Shown in pieces: positions 30,832-43,210 of a stretch of DNA of 64,000 nt; the first letter of the stretch is position 1, and each line of letters opens with the position of its first letter. Origin of the DNA: Acidobacteriota bacterium (GTDB lineage Bacteria > Acidobacteriota > UBA6911 > RPQK01 > JADFOI01). The stretch is taken from NCBI GenBank assembly GCA_963663035.1, contig OY760074.1:64001-128000 (forward strand), read 5' to 3'. Made by a program: the position numbers and the translations under genes. Below the pieces are notes generated by a model that was given only the letters and a program-made list of their open reading frames with translations, was not told where the DNA came from and searched no databases.

Positions 30832-33800
30832 GTGCTCGGCAAGACCATCAGCCATTACAAAGTCACTGAGAAAATAGGCCAAGGGGGTATGGGTGAGGTC
30901 TACCGGGCCACCGACACCAAGCTGAACCGCGACGTGGCGCTGAAGATCCTGCCGGAGCAGTTTGCCTCCGATTCCCAGAGGATGGGCCGATTCCAGCGGG
31001 AAGCAGAGGTCCTGGCCTCCCTGGATCATCCCAACATTGGGCAGATTTACGGCATCGAAGACGCAGGCCAGACCAAGGCCCTGGTGCTTCAGCTCATCGA
31101 AGGTCCCACCCTGGCGGAAAGAATTGCCCAGGGACCGATCCCGGTGGAAGAGGCCCTCAAGATCGCCCTGCAGATGGCGGAGGGTCTGGAAGCTGCCCAC
31201 GAGAAGGGTGTAATCCACAGAGACCTCAAGCCTGCCAACATCAAGATTACGCCGGAGGGCCAGGTCAAGATCCTGGACTTTGGTTTGGCGAAGGCTCTGG
31301 AAGGGGAGACTCCAGCCTCAAGCCTCTCCCAATCCCCGACGCTGACCAATGCGGCAACACAGGCGGGGGTCATCCTGGGAACGGCTGCCTATATGTCCCC
31401 GGAGCAAGCCCGAGGCGAGAACGCCGACCAGAGAGCAGATGTATGGGCTTTCGGCGTTGTGCTGTTTGAAATGCTCACTGGGCGCAGAAGCTTTGAAGGG
31501 CGCACAGTTTCGGATGTTCTAGCTGCCGTCCTTGCAAAAGAGCCGCAATGGAACAGCCTCCCGGACAACCTCCATCCGAGACTCCGACAACTCCTCGAAC
31601 GTTGTTTGGCGAAAGAGTTAAGAGACCGATACACAGGCGTTGGGGATGCACGAGTGGATATTCAGACTGTCCTGGCCGATCCGGGTGGTGTGCTTGTGCA
31701 GCCCGTTGCTGAGGTCATTCAGGCAGCATCGCGATCGAAGCTACCGTGGGTCGTGGCCGTACTCGGAATCATGATCGCTGGAGTGGCTGGCTGGGTTCTT
31801 CGAGTACCGGACCCTGGGCTAGTCAGCCGTTTTAATTTCATCCTGCCCGAGGGCCAGGGCTTTACGAGCCTCGGCGAACATGTTGTTGCGGTTTCTCCCG
31901 ATGGGTCAGCATTTTTGTACGTCGCAGATCGACAAATATACATAAGACGGATGGACTCGCTCGGATCAACTCCGATACCGGGAACAGCAGTCAATGCTAG
32001 CCGCAATTATTCATAAGTTTGGGGTGAGTGTCGATTTTCTGCGGAAGTTCAGGGCTGAGAGTGTGTTCAGGTGCGATTACAAGGCGTCCAAGCTTGTTGA
32101 GCCGAATAGAGATGAAGCGAGAGCCCCTTCCGGAAACAGCTCGGCCCGCAGGGGGCTGTATATCTGTGTTGGCGCAGGGAGTCAGGGGACCGTCAGGTGG
32201 GACACAGACGGTGCATCAGTAATGCGAAGAGCTTTTGTTCGGGATAAGACGATGCCAGGTGCACCCAGATGCGACGAGAAGTTTCCCGAACCCGGGCACC
32301 GATTTTGAACAGGCGGCGGCGGAGCGTCTCAATCTCCAGGTTGTGCCAGGGAGTCCCGCACAGGTAATCCCGCAGGCGCAGGATTAAGACATAGGCCAGG
32401 GCGTGGATGAAGAGTCGGAACTGGTTGGCCAGGAAACGGTGGCAGCTCAAGCGATCCATGGCCAGATCTTTTTTGAAAGCTTTCACGAAGTTCTCGCACT
32501 GGCCCCGTCCGATGTAGTGGTCATACAGCTGCCCGGCCGTGAGATCCTGGCGGTTGGTGACCACAAAGCGACGGTTGAACCCGCGCTCGCTCACTTCCAC
32601 CTTGGCCACCATGCGCCGCTCCCGGTCCCAACTGTCGGCCTGATAGACGAGCTCGGTGAACTGGCGTTGCTTTTCTCCTGAGTCGTCATAGTCTGCTTGC
32701 ACCTGCTCAACCAAGGGCTCGACGGTGGCCGCCAGCCGGGAGTTGCGGGCAAAGCCCACCACATACTGCAGTTTTTCCTCCTCACAGAACTCGTACAGTG
32801 CCGGCGTCGCAAAGCCACTGTCGGCTCGCACTTCGATCGGAACATCGGATCCCAGAACCTGGCGCATCCGGGCCACCACCCGTTTGAGAACCGCCACCGC
32901 GTGGGCGGCCGCCCCCTGGTTGCCGGGCCGCAGTAGCGCACATACCAGATCGCCCGTCTCGCCATCGAATAGCAGCAGCGGATGATACATGTGCTCGCGA
33001 TAATAGCCGTGGTAAAAGCTGAACTCCTGCTGCCCATGCGTGACGTCATCCGTGCTGTCGATGTCCAGGATGATCTTCTCGGGCCGGCTCTTCTTGCGGT
33101 GCTTCAAGTAGGTCTCCAGCAGCCACTGTCCCAGGCGAGTGAGATCCTTCGAGTCCACCGAGTTCTCCAGTCGCGACAGCGTGGGTTGAGAAGCCAGATC
33201 CGGATCGCTTTCCGGCAGCCGATCACACACGGTCTTGAAGATGGGATCCGAGCGCAAGCTGTCGGCATCGTTGCAGTCCTCATAGCCGGCCACGATCTGA
33301 AAGCTGCGCTGGGTGAGCAGTTCGCGAATCTGGTGGCGGACGTAGCGGCTATCTCGAGCGTCCTTCAGGCAGGAGGCAAAGCCAGCCGTCAGTCCGTGCT
33401 GTTGATCCAGGGCGTACAGACACAGCAGCCCGGCATCGGAGGAGAGCCGGCCTCCATCGAATCGAGCCACCACTTTTCTGTCAGGGTGAGATGGCAAGTT
33501 GATCTGGCAGACTGATGCATCGCTGGGCCGTACCTTTTTGGTTTGGAGTTGTTTCATAACCCCTTTTATATCAAAGAGGTACGGCATCTTTTTGTGCCCT
33601 CGATCAGACCCCTTCTTCAGAATTTATGAATAATCCGGGCTAGAGCGCCGTTTTTCTCGTTCGATGGACAGTGGGTTGGATTCAACAACCGTACGGATGG
33701 AGACCTCAAGAAGATATCTGTGAGTGGCGGTGCACCTGTGTCGTTAACTGAAATGGAGAGGCCCTGGGGTGTAAGTTGGGGTGCAGACGACATGATCGTC

Positions 33801-35183
33801 TATGGCCAACCAAACGGGATTTTTCGAGTTTCAGCAAACGGTGGGATCCCAGAACTGATAGTCGAATCCGAGGCTGGCGAACAGGTCCATGGACCGCAAG
33901 TCCTGCCCGGTGGGGACTGGGTGTTGTTCACAACCACTCGGGCCACCGGAGACACACGCTGGGACGAGGCACAGATTGTCGTGCAATCCCTCGAATCAAG
34001 TGAACGAAAGATTCTGTGGGAGGGGGGCAGCGATGCCCGTTACGTTCCTACCGGGCATCTCGTCTATGCGTTTGAGGACGTACTGTTTGCGCTTCCCTTT
34101 GACTTAGCCAACCTGGAGGTTTCTGGGGGACCTGTTCCCGTAGTTGAGGGAGTTCGGCGGGCTATTGATCCTCAAAGTAATACGGCCACCGCAAACTTTG
34201 GATTCTCAGACCGGGGGACACTGATTTATTTACCAGGCACGGCAGCAATGGCTCAGATGCGTGTTCTTGCCCTGGTGGACCGGGATGGCCTGGTGGAACG
34301 CCTCAACGCGCCGCCCAAACAATATCTGAGTCCGCGCCTATCGCCGGACGGACAGACCCTGGTCGTTCAGAGTGTCGAAGAGAACGGTGACGTCATTTGG
34401 ACATACGACCTATCTGAAAACAGGGCGATCCAGCAACTGACCTTTGAGGGCAACAACCAGCGTCCCGTCTGGACTCCGGACGGCCAACGCATCGCCTTCT
34501 CATCGGACCGGGATGGGACGATGAGTCTCTACTGGATGCCAGCCGATGGCAGCGGTGTCGCCGAGCGTCTGACGACAGCCGAAGAAGGAACAAGCCATTG
34601 GACGGGGTCCTGGTCGCCGGACGGCGAACTCCTGGTGTTCAATGTAATAAGGGACCTCGCGGCCGTTAGGGAAATCTGGACGCTGTCGGTGGATGATGGA
34701 GAGACTCAAAGCCTGTATGACGCGCCTGGAACCGTGTATATCAGTGCAGAGCTCTCTCCCAATGGTGAGTGGTTGGCTTACGGAGCGGGTCCGACTCCTG
34801 GTGATGCCGACATCTACGTCGAGCCGTTCCCGCCGACAGGAGCCAGGCGCAGGATCTCACAAACCTTGGGTTATTCTCCTTTGTGGTCACCTGAAGGGAG
34901 CGAGCTCTTCTACCGACCCGTTGTCGGCACCGCAGGAATAACACTGCGGTCAGTCGATATTGTCACTGAACCGGCCTTTGCCTTCAGCAACGAACAGACG
35001 CTTCCAGTCGAAGGGTTCAACGTGGTTCTCGGCTACCGGGACTACGATATGAGTCCCGACGGCGAACGACTGCTCATGGTGTTCCCAGCGGACCGGCCCG
35101 ATTCCGGCGAACCCGCCCGTCTCCAGATCAATATCGTCCAAAACTGGTTCGAGGAACTGAAGGAACGGGTGCCGGTGCCATGA
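30832..35183 (+). pseudogene. Ser/Thr protein kinase-TM-TolB-like propeller, interrupted by IS1380
   Basis: GQGGMG, VALK, HRDLKPAN, DFG, MSPE; flanks rejoin as AVNARAPFFSFDGQW; ends NWFEELKERVPVP. Confidence 0.93.
32001..33639 (-). mobile_element. IS1380 copy 2 (transposase 32193-33587)
   Basis: Identical transposase and ends; CTAG TSD. Confidence 0.93.
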
Positions 35184-35743
35184 TTGGCAAAACACTCTCC
35201 CACTGGGTCGCGATTCTGGCGGCTGGGTTTTTGTTCGGATGCGTATTCAATATAGCCAACGAGACCGCCGCACTCAGTCATCTCAAAAAATATCAGGTGG
35301 CGAGCAGCTTGTATCAGGTCGAAGAAGGGCAAGGCAGATACGGAACCATGAGCGAGCTCTACGAGGCCGGGCAGGGGATCATCGACCAGGTGATGTACGA
35401 CGCATGGGACGGCAACCCGGATCCCAGGCCGCTGGGCGGATACCTCTTCTCAGAAATCGTTCGCGACAGCAACGGCGGACCGCTGGATCTTGGCGAGCGT
35501 GCCGGGCTTTGTGCCTATCCGGCTGGATCTGGCGATTTGGTCGATAACATTCTGTGTGTGTTTGCGGACTCCCGGAAGTTCAATCCTGAGCCCATTTCCG
35601 AGGACGGTTTCGTCTCCCACGGCGAGGAGTGGACCTTCTACCGGGCCAGTTCTGGTGACTTTGGAGGACCACTGCGGCAGTTCCCCAGCGACTCTGAGCT
35701 TCAAAGCAAGTTTGACCCACTCGAACAGCGTACCCTTGAGTAG
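35180..35743 (+). CDS. Hypothetical lipoprotein/pilin-like protein whose first 8 codons are kinase-derived
   Basis: MIGKTLSH then hydrophobic stretch and LFGC; ANETAAL..GRYGT resembles pilin-like proteins. Confidence 0.6.
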   Translation: MIGKTLSHWVAILAAGFLFGCVFNIANETAALSHLKKYQVASSLYQVEEGQGRYGTMSELYEAGQGIIDQVMYDAWDGNPDPRPLGGYLFSEIVRDSNGGPLDLGERAGLCAYPAGSGDLVDNILCVFADSRKFNPEPISEDGFVSHGEEWTFYRASSGDFGGPLRQFPSDSELQSKFDPLEQRTLE

Positions 35744-35785
35744 CTTGGGGTCACGAATACACCAACGGGCGGACTAGATTTCTAG

Positions 35786-37424
35786 CCGCAATTATTCATA
35801 AGTTTGGGGTGAGTGTCGATTTTCTGCGGAAGTTCAGGGCTGAGAGTGTGTTCAGGTGCGATTACAAGGCGTCCAAGCTTGTTGAGCCGAATAGAGATGA
35901 AGCGAGAGCCCCTTCCGGAAACAGCTCGGCCCGCAGGGGGCTGTATATCTGTGTTGGCGCAGGGAGTCAGGGGACCGTCAGGTGGGACACAGACGGTGCA
36001 TCAGTAATGCGAAGAGCTTTTGTTCGGGATAAGACGATGCCAGGTGCACCCAGATGCGACGAGAAGTTTCCCGAACCCGGGCACCGATTTTGAACAGGCG
36101 GCGGCGGAGCGTCTCAATCTCCAGGTTGTGCCAGGGAGTCCCGCACAGGTAATCCCGCAGGCGCAGGATTAAGACATAGGCCAGGGCGTGGATGAAGAGT
36201 CGGAACTGGTTGGCCAGGAAACGGTGGCAGCTCAAGCGATCCATGGCCAGATCTTTTTTGAAAGCTTTCACGAAGTTCTCGCACTGGCCCCGTCCGATGT
36301 AGTGGTCATACAGCTGCCCGGCCGTGAGATCCTGGCGGTTGGTGACCACAAAGCGACGGTTGAACCCGCGCTCGCTCACTTCCACCTTGGCCACCATGCG
36401 CCGCTCCCGGTCCCAACTGTCGGCCTGATAGACGAGCTCGGTGAACTGGCGTTGCTTTTCTCCTGAGTCGTCATAGTCTGCTTGCACCTGCTCAACCAAG
36501 GGCTCGACGGTGGCCGCCAGCCGGGAGTTGCGGGCAAAGCCCACCACATACTGCAGTTTTTCCTCCTCACAGAACTCGTACAGTGCCGGCGTCGCAAAGC
36601 CACTGTCGGCTCGCACTTCGATCGGAACATCGGATCCCAGAACCTGGCGCATCCGGGCCACCACCCGTTTGAGAACCGCCACCGCGTGGGCGGCCGCCCC
36701 CTGGTTGCCGGGCCGCAGTAGCGCACATACCAGATCGCCCGTCTCGCCATCGAATAGCAGCAGCGGATGATACATGTGCTCGCGATAATAGCCGTGGTAA
36801 AAGCTGAACTCCTGCTGCCCATGCGTGACGTCATCCGTGCTGTCGATGTCCAGGATGATCTTCTCGGGCCGGCTCTTCTTGCGGTGCTTCAAGTAGGTCT
36901 CCAGCAGCCACTGTCCCAGGCGAGTGAGATCCTTCGAGTCCACCGAGTTCTCCAGTCGCGACAGCGTGGGTTGAGAAGCCAGATCCGGATCGCTTTCCGG
37001 CAGCCGATCACACACGGTCTTGAAGATGGGATCCGAGCGCAAGCTGTCGGCATCGTTGCAGTCCTCATAGCCGGCCACGATCTGAAAGCTGCGCTGGGTG
37101 AGCAGTTCGCGAATCTGGTGGCGGACGTAGCGGCTATCTCGAGCGTCCTTCAGGCAGGAGGCAAAGCCAGCCGTCAGTCCGTGCTGTTGATCCAGGGCGT
37201 ACAGACACAGCAGCCCGGCATCGGAGGAGAGCCGGCCTCCATCGAATCGAGCCACCACTTTTCTGTCAGGGTGAGATGGCAAGTTGATCTGGCAGACTGA
37301 TGCATCGCTGGGCCGTACCTTTTTGGTTTGGAGTTGTTTCATAACCCCTTTTATATCAAAGAGGTACGGCATCTTTTTGTGCCCTCGATCAGACCCCTTC
37401 TTCAGAATTTATGAATAATCCGGG
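35786..37424 (-). mobile_element. IS1380 copy 3 (transposase 35978-37372)
   Basis: Identical transposase and ends; CTAG TSD; intergenic. Confidence 0.93.
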
Positions 37425-37437
37425 CTAGGGCTTCTGG

Positions 37438-39726
37438 TTAATCTGGAAGGGCCCCAAAGTCCGCTGGTGGTTTGCGGTGTTTCGTTGCTGCTTCATAGGC
37501 CGAAGCTATCTTGATCAGAGTTGCGTCCTCACCTGGACCCGTCCAAAACATCATACTGATCGGCATCGGGTGAGGTAGCAACGATTGCCTGGCGCCGGTG
37601 ACCTGACGGTATCTGGTCTTGTCCTCACCGAGGACAAACTGAGGCTCGTAAACGATTCTTGTATAGCCTGCAGGAACATCAATCTCGGGCCCTCCTATCA
37701 GGGCTGTGAAGGCTCCACAGCAACTCTGCGCCCCTCGACTATTGACCGAAGGCTCACTGGGGCCGCCAATTTTCCGTGGCGGGAGTGTAATTTCCGGATT
37801 GACGAATGCATCGATTCCGTTTTCATACATCACTTTGTTGATCACAAGCCTCATCACGGTCTGCATCTTTAGATAGCTCATTGGGGCCTGGGGCCCCTGT
37901 CTTCCCCTGAGATCATGACTGAGCAGATCTTGCACATTCATCGCATTTTGAGATCCCGCTCCTACTTGATCAGTTCTAAATTTTGCGTTGGGAACCCAAC
38001 TCGCCCAATCCTTTACCCTTTCATCGCCTCTCTCAGCCAGATACCTGTTCACAGTGAATGGACTTTTGGGGTTATCTAATCCGCCGGCCATTTGACGGAG
38101 ATTTAGATTTTCCGATAACGGTGCTTTGCCCAGGGCTAACGCTACCGCATAATCCACTGTCGTGACATCCCACCCGGGAACGGCATAGAGCAGCTCGCCA
38201 CCAGCCCGTGTTTTGTGAAAATACTCCGGCACATTGTGTGCCAGGATCTCTGCGAAAGCATCCTGGAACGTATAACCCATGTTGGGCACATTAGGATCGT
38301 CTGGATAGAGCGGATCGAAGGACTCAACCAGTTCAGCTCCCAGCTGATCGCGGAGAACTCTCTTGATCTCGTCATCGATCTGGTCACTGATGGCCTCATC
38401 GTTTGGGGTATGCTTCACCATCCATTCGCGAACAACTCCGATGCGCATTCCCTCGAGAGGCTTTCGCTGGCCTGTGGGATCTATTTCATCAATAACAAAA
38501 CTGGCGTACGGCTTTTCCGGGATCAAGGCTTTGGGAATGGCACTGTACATATCCTCTGACTGGAAACCTTTCACTGCGTCAAGCACACGAGCTGCATCTC
38601 CGACCGTGCGGGCATGAATACCTGCACGGTCACCAAGACGCTGGCTATTGTGCCCGCCGTCCATCATGATTCCTTTGGTGGTCAGCAAGTTCACCACATT
38701 ATTCTTGGATGCGGGGCCTTTACAGGAAGCGGAGCCCTGTTCACAAATGGAGAACACGACTAAATTCGCGGCCACAGCTACACCCGAGCCGGAGCTCGTC
38801 CCTCTGGGCTCGCGCTCTGTATCATAGGGATTGCAGGATTGGCCTGACCAGCCGCTGATGGCGTGAGCGCCACTTGGAAAAACCGTGGTTGCTCTAGCCG
38901 GGCCAGAAGCCGTCAGACTCGTTTCCTGTGCACTGGCGACGGCGTAAACGATACCCCCTTTTGCCCTCAGCTCACCGATATCGGGTGAGTCATACAAAGG
39001 GACATCCATGGCAAAGTTCACGTCGTTGCCCCCGGTTGCGCGCATATCCTTGGCGTCATACCAATTCTTAAAGGAGAAGGGAAGGCAGTACATGGGCAAC
39101 GCCTCCAGTGGAGGGTTCGTGCCATATCGCGCATCCAGTTCAGCTGCTTGCTCCAACGCATCGGGCTGTTGTCGAAATTTTTCACAGACCGACGGCGCTC
39201 CCGCTGGAAGAGGTCCTGTTGATGGATGTGCATCAAAGGCGCCTTTGCAGGTCACAGAACGCTCGCCGCGAATGTTTATGGTCTCCAGTGCATTGAGTTG
39301 GCCGGCGTCAGGGATACCGACTCTCATGCCGTACTGTTGCCATACGCTTTCATCGGATGCTGTCGGTTCCATTCGGCCAAAATCGAATGGTGGTCCCTTA
39401 TACTGATCAAAATCCGGGAAAATCCTCGAGACGGGCACCGTTTCAGTTGGAAAGTCCAGTGGGGAACCCGCGCGAACTGCACCCTTAGCAGCAGAAATGG
39501 GCGCTCCGTCTTGGGTGACAAGCTGAGTGCAAACACCGTTATAGGCCCGTGCTCGATCGAAGTAGGCTTGCACTAGCTCCGTGCAGGTAATCTGGCTGGT
39601 CTGGATGGCTCCATGGATATCAGCGATTTTCGCTTCTTCTAACTGGAACTCATTCTGTGCCGAAACCAGGTTGATCGAAGTGAGGCAAACTGCATAAACA
39701 CAGACAAACCACCATGCTCTGCTCAT
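37438..39726 (-). CDS. Secreted amidase-signature family protein
   Basis: NPYDTEREPRGTSSGSGVAVAAN, ASAYEAATKHRKPP. Confidence 0.88.
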   Translation of the reverse strand: MSRAWWFVCVYAVCLTSINLVSAQNEFQLEEAKIADIHGAIQTSQITCTELVQAYFDRARAYNGVCTQLVTQDGAPISAAKGAVRAGSPLDFPTETVPVSRIFPDFDQYKGPPFDFGRMEPTASDESVWQQYGMRVGIPDAGQLNALETINIRGERSVTCKGAFDAHPSTGPLPAGAPSVCEKFRQQPDALEQAAELDARYGTNPPLEALPMYCLPFSFKNWYDAKDMRATGGNDVNFAMDVPLYDSPDIGELRAKGGIVYAVASAQETSLTASGPARATTVFPSGAHAISGWSGQSCNPYDTEREPRGTSSGSGVAVAANLVVFSICEQGSASCKGPASKNNVVNLLTTKGIMMDGGHNSQRLGDRAGIHARTVGDAARVLDAVKGFQSEDMYSAIPKALIPEKPYASFVIDEIDPTGQRKPLEGMRIGVVREWMVKHTPNDEAISDQIDDEIKRVLRDQLGAELVESFDPLYPDDPNVPNMGYTFQDAFAEILAHNVPEYFHKTRAGGELLYAVPGWDVTTVDYAVALALGKAPLSENLNLRQMAGGLDNPKSPFTVNRYLAERGDERVKDWASWVPNAKFRTDQVGAGSQNAMNVQDLLSHDLRGRQGPQAPMSYLKMQTVMRLVINKVMYENGIDAFVNPEITLPPRKIGGPSEPSVNSRGAQSCCGAFTALIGGPEIDVPAGYTRIVYEPQFVLGEDKTRYRQVTGARQSLLPHPMPISMMFWTGPGEDATLIKIASAYEAATKHRKPPADFGALPD

Positions 39727-39844
39727 AAGGCACCTTCCTTTTCACGGTTTCCTCCTCAGGTCGAGAATCGGAGGGTTTAACTACAACCTGCGGGGCATTG
39801 TAAAGTTCAGGACCGCCGATCTCAAGTCCCAAGTTGGCAGGTCG

Positions 39845-40723
39845 TTATCTTAAGGCCGATTTTTCGGACAGGACTTTGAGATATTTTCCGAAAAAGCTGG
39901 CCAGTCCTTTTGTATATGTTGCTCCGGAAATCCTGAATCCGTCGTTGTGGCCGCCACGAAGTTCCAGAAATTCCTTCGGCTCCGTTGATGCGTCAAAGAG
40001 AGCCTGGCCGTGTGAGTAGGGGATGAGTTCGTCCCCGGAGCTATGGATATGTAGGATCGGCTCTTGGACATGGGCGACCTTTGAGCCACTATCAAATCGA
40101 TGACGGACTAAAAGGGATGAGGGAAAGACGGGGTAGAGCTCTTGAGCCATACGGGGAATGGAGAAGAATGTGCTCTCAAGGACAACGGCGGCGGCATCGA
40201 CCTCGGTAGCGAGCTGGGCGGTGACGCCACCGCCCAGTGATCGACCGAATAGCACGATGGCCGAGGCCGCGATTCTTCGCTCTTCCCTCAGGTAACTCCA
40301 GACGGCTCGTGCGTCGGCGTAGCATCGCTGTTCAGATACGCTACCTGTGCTCTTTCCGTAACCGCCATAATCGTAGATGGCGACGTTGAAATCGAGTTCG
40401 TGAAAGATTCGGATTGTTTCGAGGCGATCCCCAATATTGCCAGCGTTGCCATGGGAAAAGAGGACAGTTTGGCTGGTTTCCGTTTGGGCAGGGATAAACC
40501 AACCGAAAGTCTCGAAGCCGTCAATGGAGAGAATAGACTCCTGGTAGTCCCAATCGTTTGAAGCGGGCGTCGCTCTGATTTCGGTTGTGGGAAAGAAGAG
40601 AAGCCTTTTCTGAAACACAAACAAAATCAGCGCGAGGATGAGGTAGATCGAAATGCTAATTTTAAAAAGCGAAGAAAGGACTTTTCGAGGGGAAGAGTTC
40701 TTTCCGAACTGTTTCTTGTTCAC
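39845..40723 (-). CDS. Alpha/beta hydrolase (BEM46/ABHD13-like)
   Basis: HGNAGN, DYGGYGKS, GRSLGG, GGHND. Confidence 0.9.
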   Translation of the reverse strand: MNKKQFGKNSSPRKVLSSLFKISISIYLILALILFVFQKRLLFFPTTEIRATPASNDWDYQESILSIDGFETFGWFIPAQTETSQTVLFSHGNAGNIGDRLETIRIFHELDFNVAIYDYGGYGKSTGSVSEQRCYADARAVWSYLREERRIAASAIVLFGRSLGGGVTAQLATEVDAAAVVLESTFFSIPRMAQELYPVFPSSLLVRHRFDSGSKVAHVQEPILHIHSSGDELIPYSHGQALFDASTEPKEFLELRGGHNDGFRISGATYTKGLASFFGKYLKVLSEKSALR

Positions 40724-40958
40724 GGCGCTTTCCCTGCCTTGTAGTCGCTTGCCATAGTCCGCGATTGCGTTCGTTGAATTTACGTAATGGATCGTCTAAG
40801 GTCCAGCAAAGATGAGATTCATCAAAACTAGAGAGGATTGGGTGGCGATTCGAGTCCCGGTCGGAGAGCCAATACCTTTGGGTTCCTCAGCCAAAATTCC
40901 CAGCCCACCCCGTTGCCATGGTTTCGGACTTGCCCGTATGATATCGTTCCCTGATCCC

Positions 40959-43172
40959 ATGAATCAAAAGACTCATCTACATCGTCGGCGTATGGCCTGG
41001 GGCTGGTCCCAAGCGGGACTTCTTGCGTTTGTGCTGGTGTGGCCGGCGGCAGCAGTCCCGGTCGTCGCTCAGACGGAAGAAAAGACCATCACCGCCCGCA
41101 GAGCCAACCAGCCCGTCCAGCTCGACGGGGAGCTGGACGAAGCCGACTGGGCCCTGGCCGTTCCGGTGTCCGATTTCGTTCAGTCCAACCCGGACGAGGG
41201 GACGCCCGCCTCGGAGCGGACGGAGGTCCGCGTCCTCTTTGACGACGACAACCTCTACTTCGGCGTCTACTGCTACGACTCGGAACCCGACCGGATCATC
41301 GTCAACGAGCTGAAGCGCGACTTCGCCAGCCGGGAAGGCGATGTCTTCGGCGTCGCCCTCGATCCCTTCCACGACCATCGCAACGGGTTCACCTTCTTTA
41401 CCAACGCCGCCGCCGCCAAGAACGACAGCCAGGGTTTTGACGACGGGCGGGTCGCCGATTTGCAGTGGGACGGCATCTGGTACTCGGCCGCACGGATGCA
41501 GCAGGACGGCTGGAGTGTGGAGATTGCCATTCCCTTCAAGACGCTTGGATTCCGCTCGCGGAGCGATTTCGTCATGGGGGTCAACTTCAAGCGCCGCATC
41601 CGGCGCAAGAGTGAGGACCTTTACTGGAGCCTGGTGCCGCGCCGTTTCAACGCGCTTCACGTCTCCCTGGCGGGAGTTTTGGAGGGCCTCGAGGAGGTCA
41701 GCGGGGGGCACAACCTGCGGGTCAAGCCCTTCGTGACCACCGGCTTCAACCAGCAGCGGGCCGGCTCGACCAGCGAGGATGACTTCGACGCCGAGGCCGG
41801 GCTGGACTTGAAGTACCGGGTCACACAGGGCATCACGGCAGACCTGACCTACAATACCGACTTCTCCCAGGTAGAGGTGGATACCCAGCAGATCAACCTC
41901 ACGCGCTTCAGCCTCTTCTTTCCCGAGAAGCGGGACTTCTTCCTCGAGAACGCCGGGATGTTCCGGCTGGGCGACGTGGGTACAGAACGAGGGGCAAGGC
42001 GGGGCGAGGACACCCAGCTCTTTTACAGCCGGCGCATCGGCCTGTCGAGGCAGGGGCGGGTGCTCCCGCTCCTGGGAGGAGCCCGCCTTTCGGGTCGGGC
42101 CGGGCGCTTTGTCCTGGGATTTCTGAACATCCAGCAGGAGGAGTTCGAGGGAACCCCCTCCAACAACTTCACGGTGGCCCGCGTCCGCCGCGACATCCTG
42201 GAGAACTCGGATTTTGGGGCCATCGTCCTCAACCGTGATGGAGGGACGGCCGGAGACTCTAACCGGGCCTACGGTGTGGATCTGAACCTCCAGTTCCTGC
42301 AGAAGTTCTCGGTGACCTCCTTCCTCGCCCGCACCCAGACTCCCGGGTTCGACGGCGACGACCATCACGCCAAGGTCGCCACCAAATGGGACAATGGGCT
42401 CTGGTCCACCCAGCTCCTCTTCGCCGATACCGGCGAGAACTTCCGGCCTGAAATGGGCTTTGTCCCGCGCACCGACGTCCGTAATTTCCAGATCAACTCC
42501 GACCTCCGCCTGCGCCCGGGCGGGAACAGTTTCATCCGCGAGTTCGGCCCTAACGGGAACATCAAGTACTGGTCTCACCACGACGACGGTCTCACCACCC
42601 GGGACTCCCAGGTCGAGCCCGTCAACATCCTGTTCCGGGACGGAGGAACGTTCAGCTTCAGCTACAATCCCCAGTTCGAGCGCCTGGTGGAGCCCTTCGA
42701 GATCCGGTCCGGCATCACCATTCCACCCGGGGACTATCACTTCTACGAAAACCGTATCTCCTACAACTCTGACCGGAGCCAGATGCTCTCGGGCTCGGGT
42801 CGGTATGTGTGGGGGCCCTTCTACGACGGGGACAAGAGCACCACCAGGTTCTCGGCCAGGCTCTCGCTTCAACCGCATCTGTCCGCCTCGTTCAGCTACA
42901 ATCGCAACCGGATCGATCTCACGGGTGGCAACTTTCAAGCGGACCTCTACACGCTGCAGGCTGAGTACTCCTTCAACCCCGCCATGTTCGCGGCCGCCTT
43001 TATCCAGTACAACACCGACTCCGGAAAGATCCTGACCAACCTGCGCTTCAACCTGATTCACCGGCCGCTCAGCGACCTCAGTGTGGTCTTCACCGAGGAC
43101 CGCGCCTCCGGGTTGAGCCCGGATGTGGCACGGGCGTTTATCTTAAAGTACACCCACCTCGTCCAGTTTTAG
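40959..43172 (+). CDS. CBM9-like + DUF5916 outer-membrane protein
   Basis: LDGELDE, NTDFSQVEVD, FFPEKRDFFLEN, C-terminal Phe. Confidence 0.88.
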   Translation: MNQKTHLHRRRMAWGWSQAGLLAFVLVWPAAAVPVVAQTEEKTITARRANQPVQLDGELDEADWALAVPVSDFVQSNPDEGTPASERTEVRVLFDDDNLYFGVYCYDSEPDRIIVNELKRDFASREGDVFGVALDPFHDHRNGFTFFTNAAAAKNDSQGFDDGRVADLQWDGIWYSAARMQQDGWSVEIAIPFKTLGFRSRSDFVMGVNFKRRIRRKSEDLYWSLVPRRFNALHVSLAGVLEGLEEVSGGHNLRVKPFVTTGFNQQRAGSTSEDDFDAEAGLDLKYRVTQGITADLTYNTDFSQVEVDTQQINLTRFSLFFPEKRDFFLENAGMFRLGDVGTERGARRGEDTQLFYSRRIGLSRQGRVLPLLGGARLSGRAGRFVLGFLNIQQEEFEGTPSNNFTVARVRRDILENSDFGAIVLNRDGGTAGDSNRAYGVDLNLQFLQKFSVTSFLARTQTPGFDGDDHHAKVATKWDNGLWSTQLLFADTGENFRPEMGFVPRTDVRNFQINSDLRLRPGGNSFIREFGPNGNIKYWSHHDDGLTTRDSQVEPVNILFRDGGTFSFSYNPQFERLVEPFEIRSGITIPPGDYHFYENRISYNSDRSQMLSGSGRYVWGPFYDGDKSTTRFSARLSLQPHLSASFSYNRNRIDLTGGNFQADLYTLQAEYSFNPAMFAAAFIQYNTDSGKILTNLRFNLIHRPLSDLSVVFTEDRASGLSPDVARAFILKYTHLVQF

Positions 43173-43210
43173 CCGGGATTATGCATAGTCCGGACTAGAA
43201 TGGAGAATGG

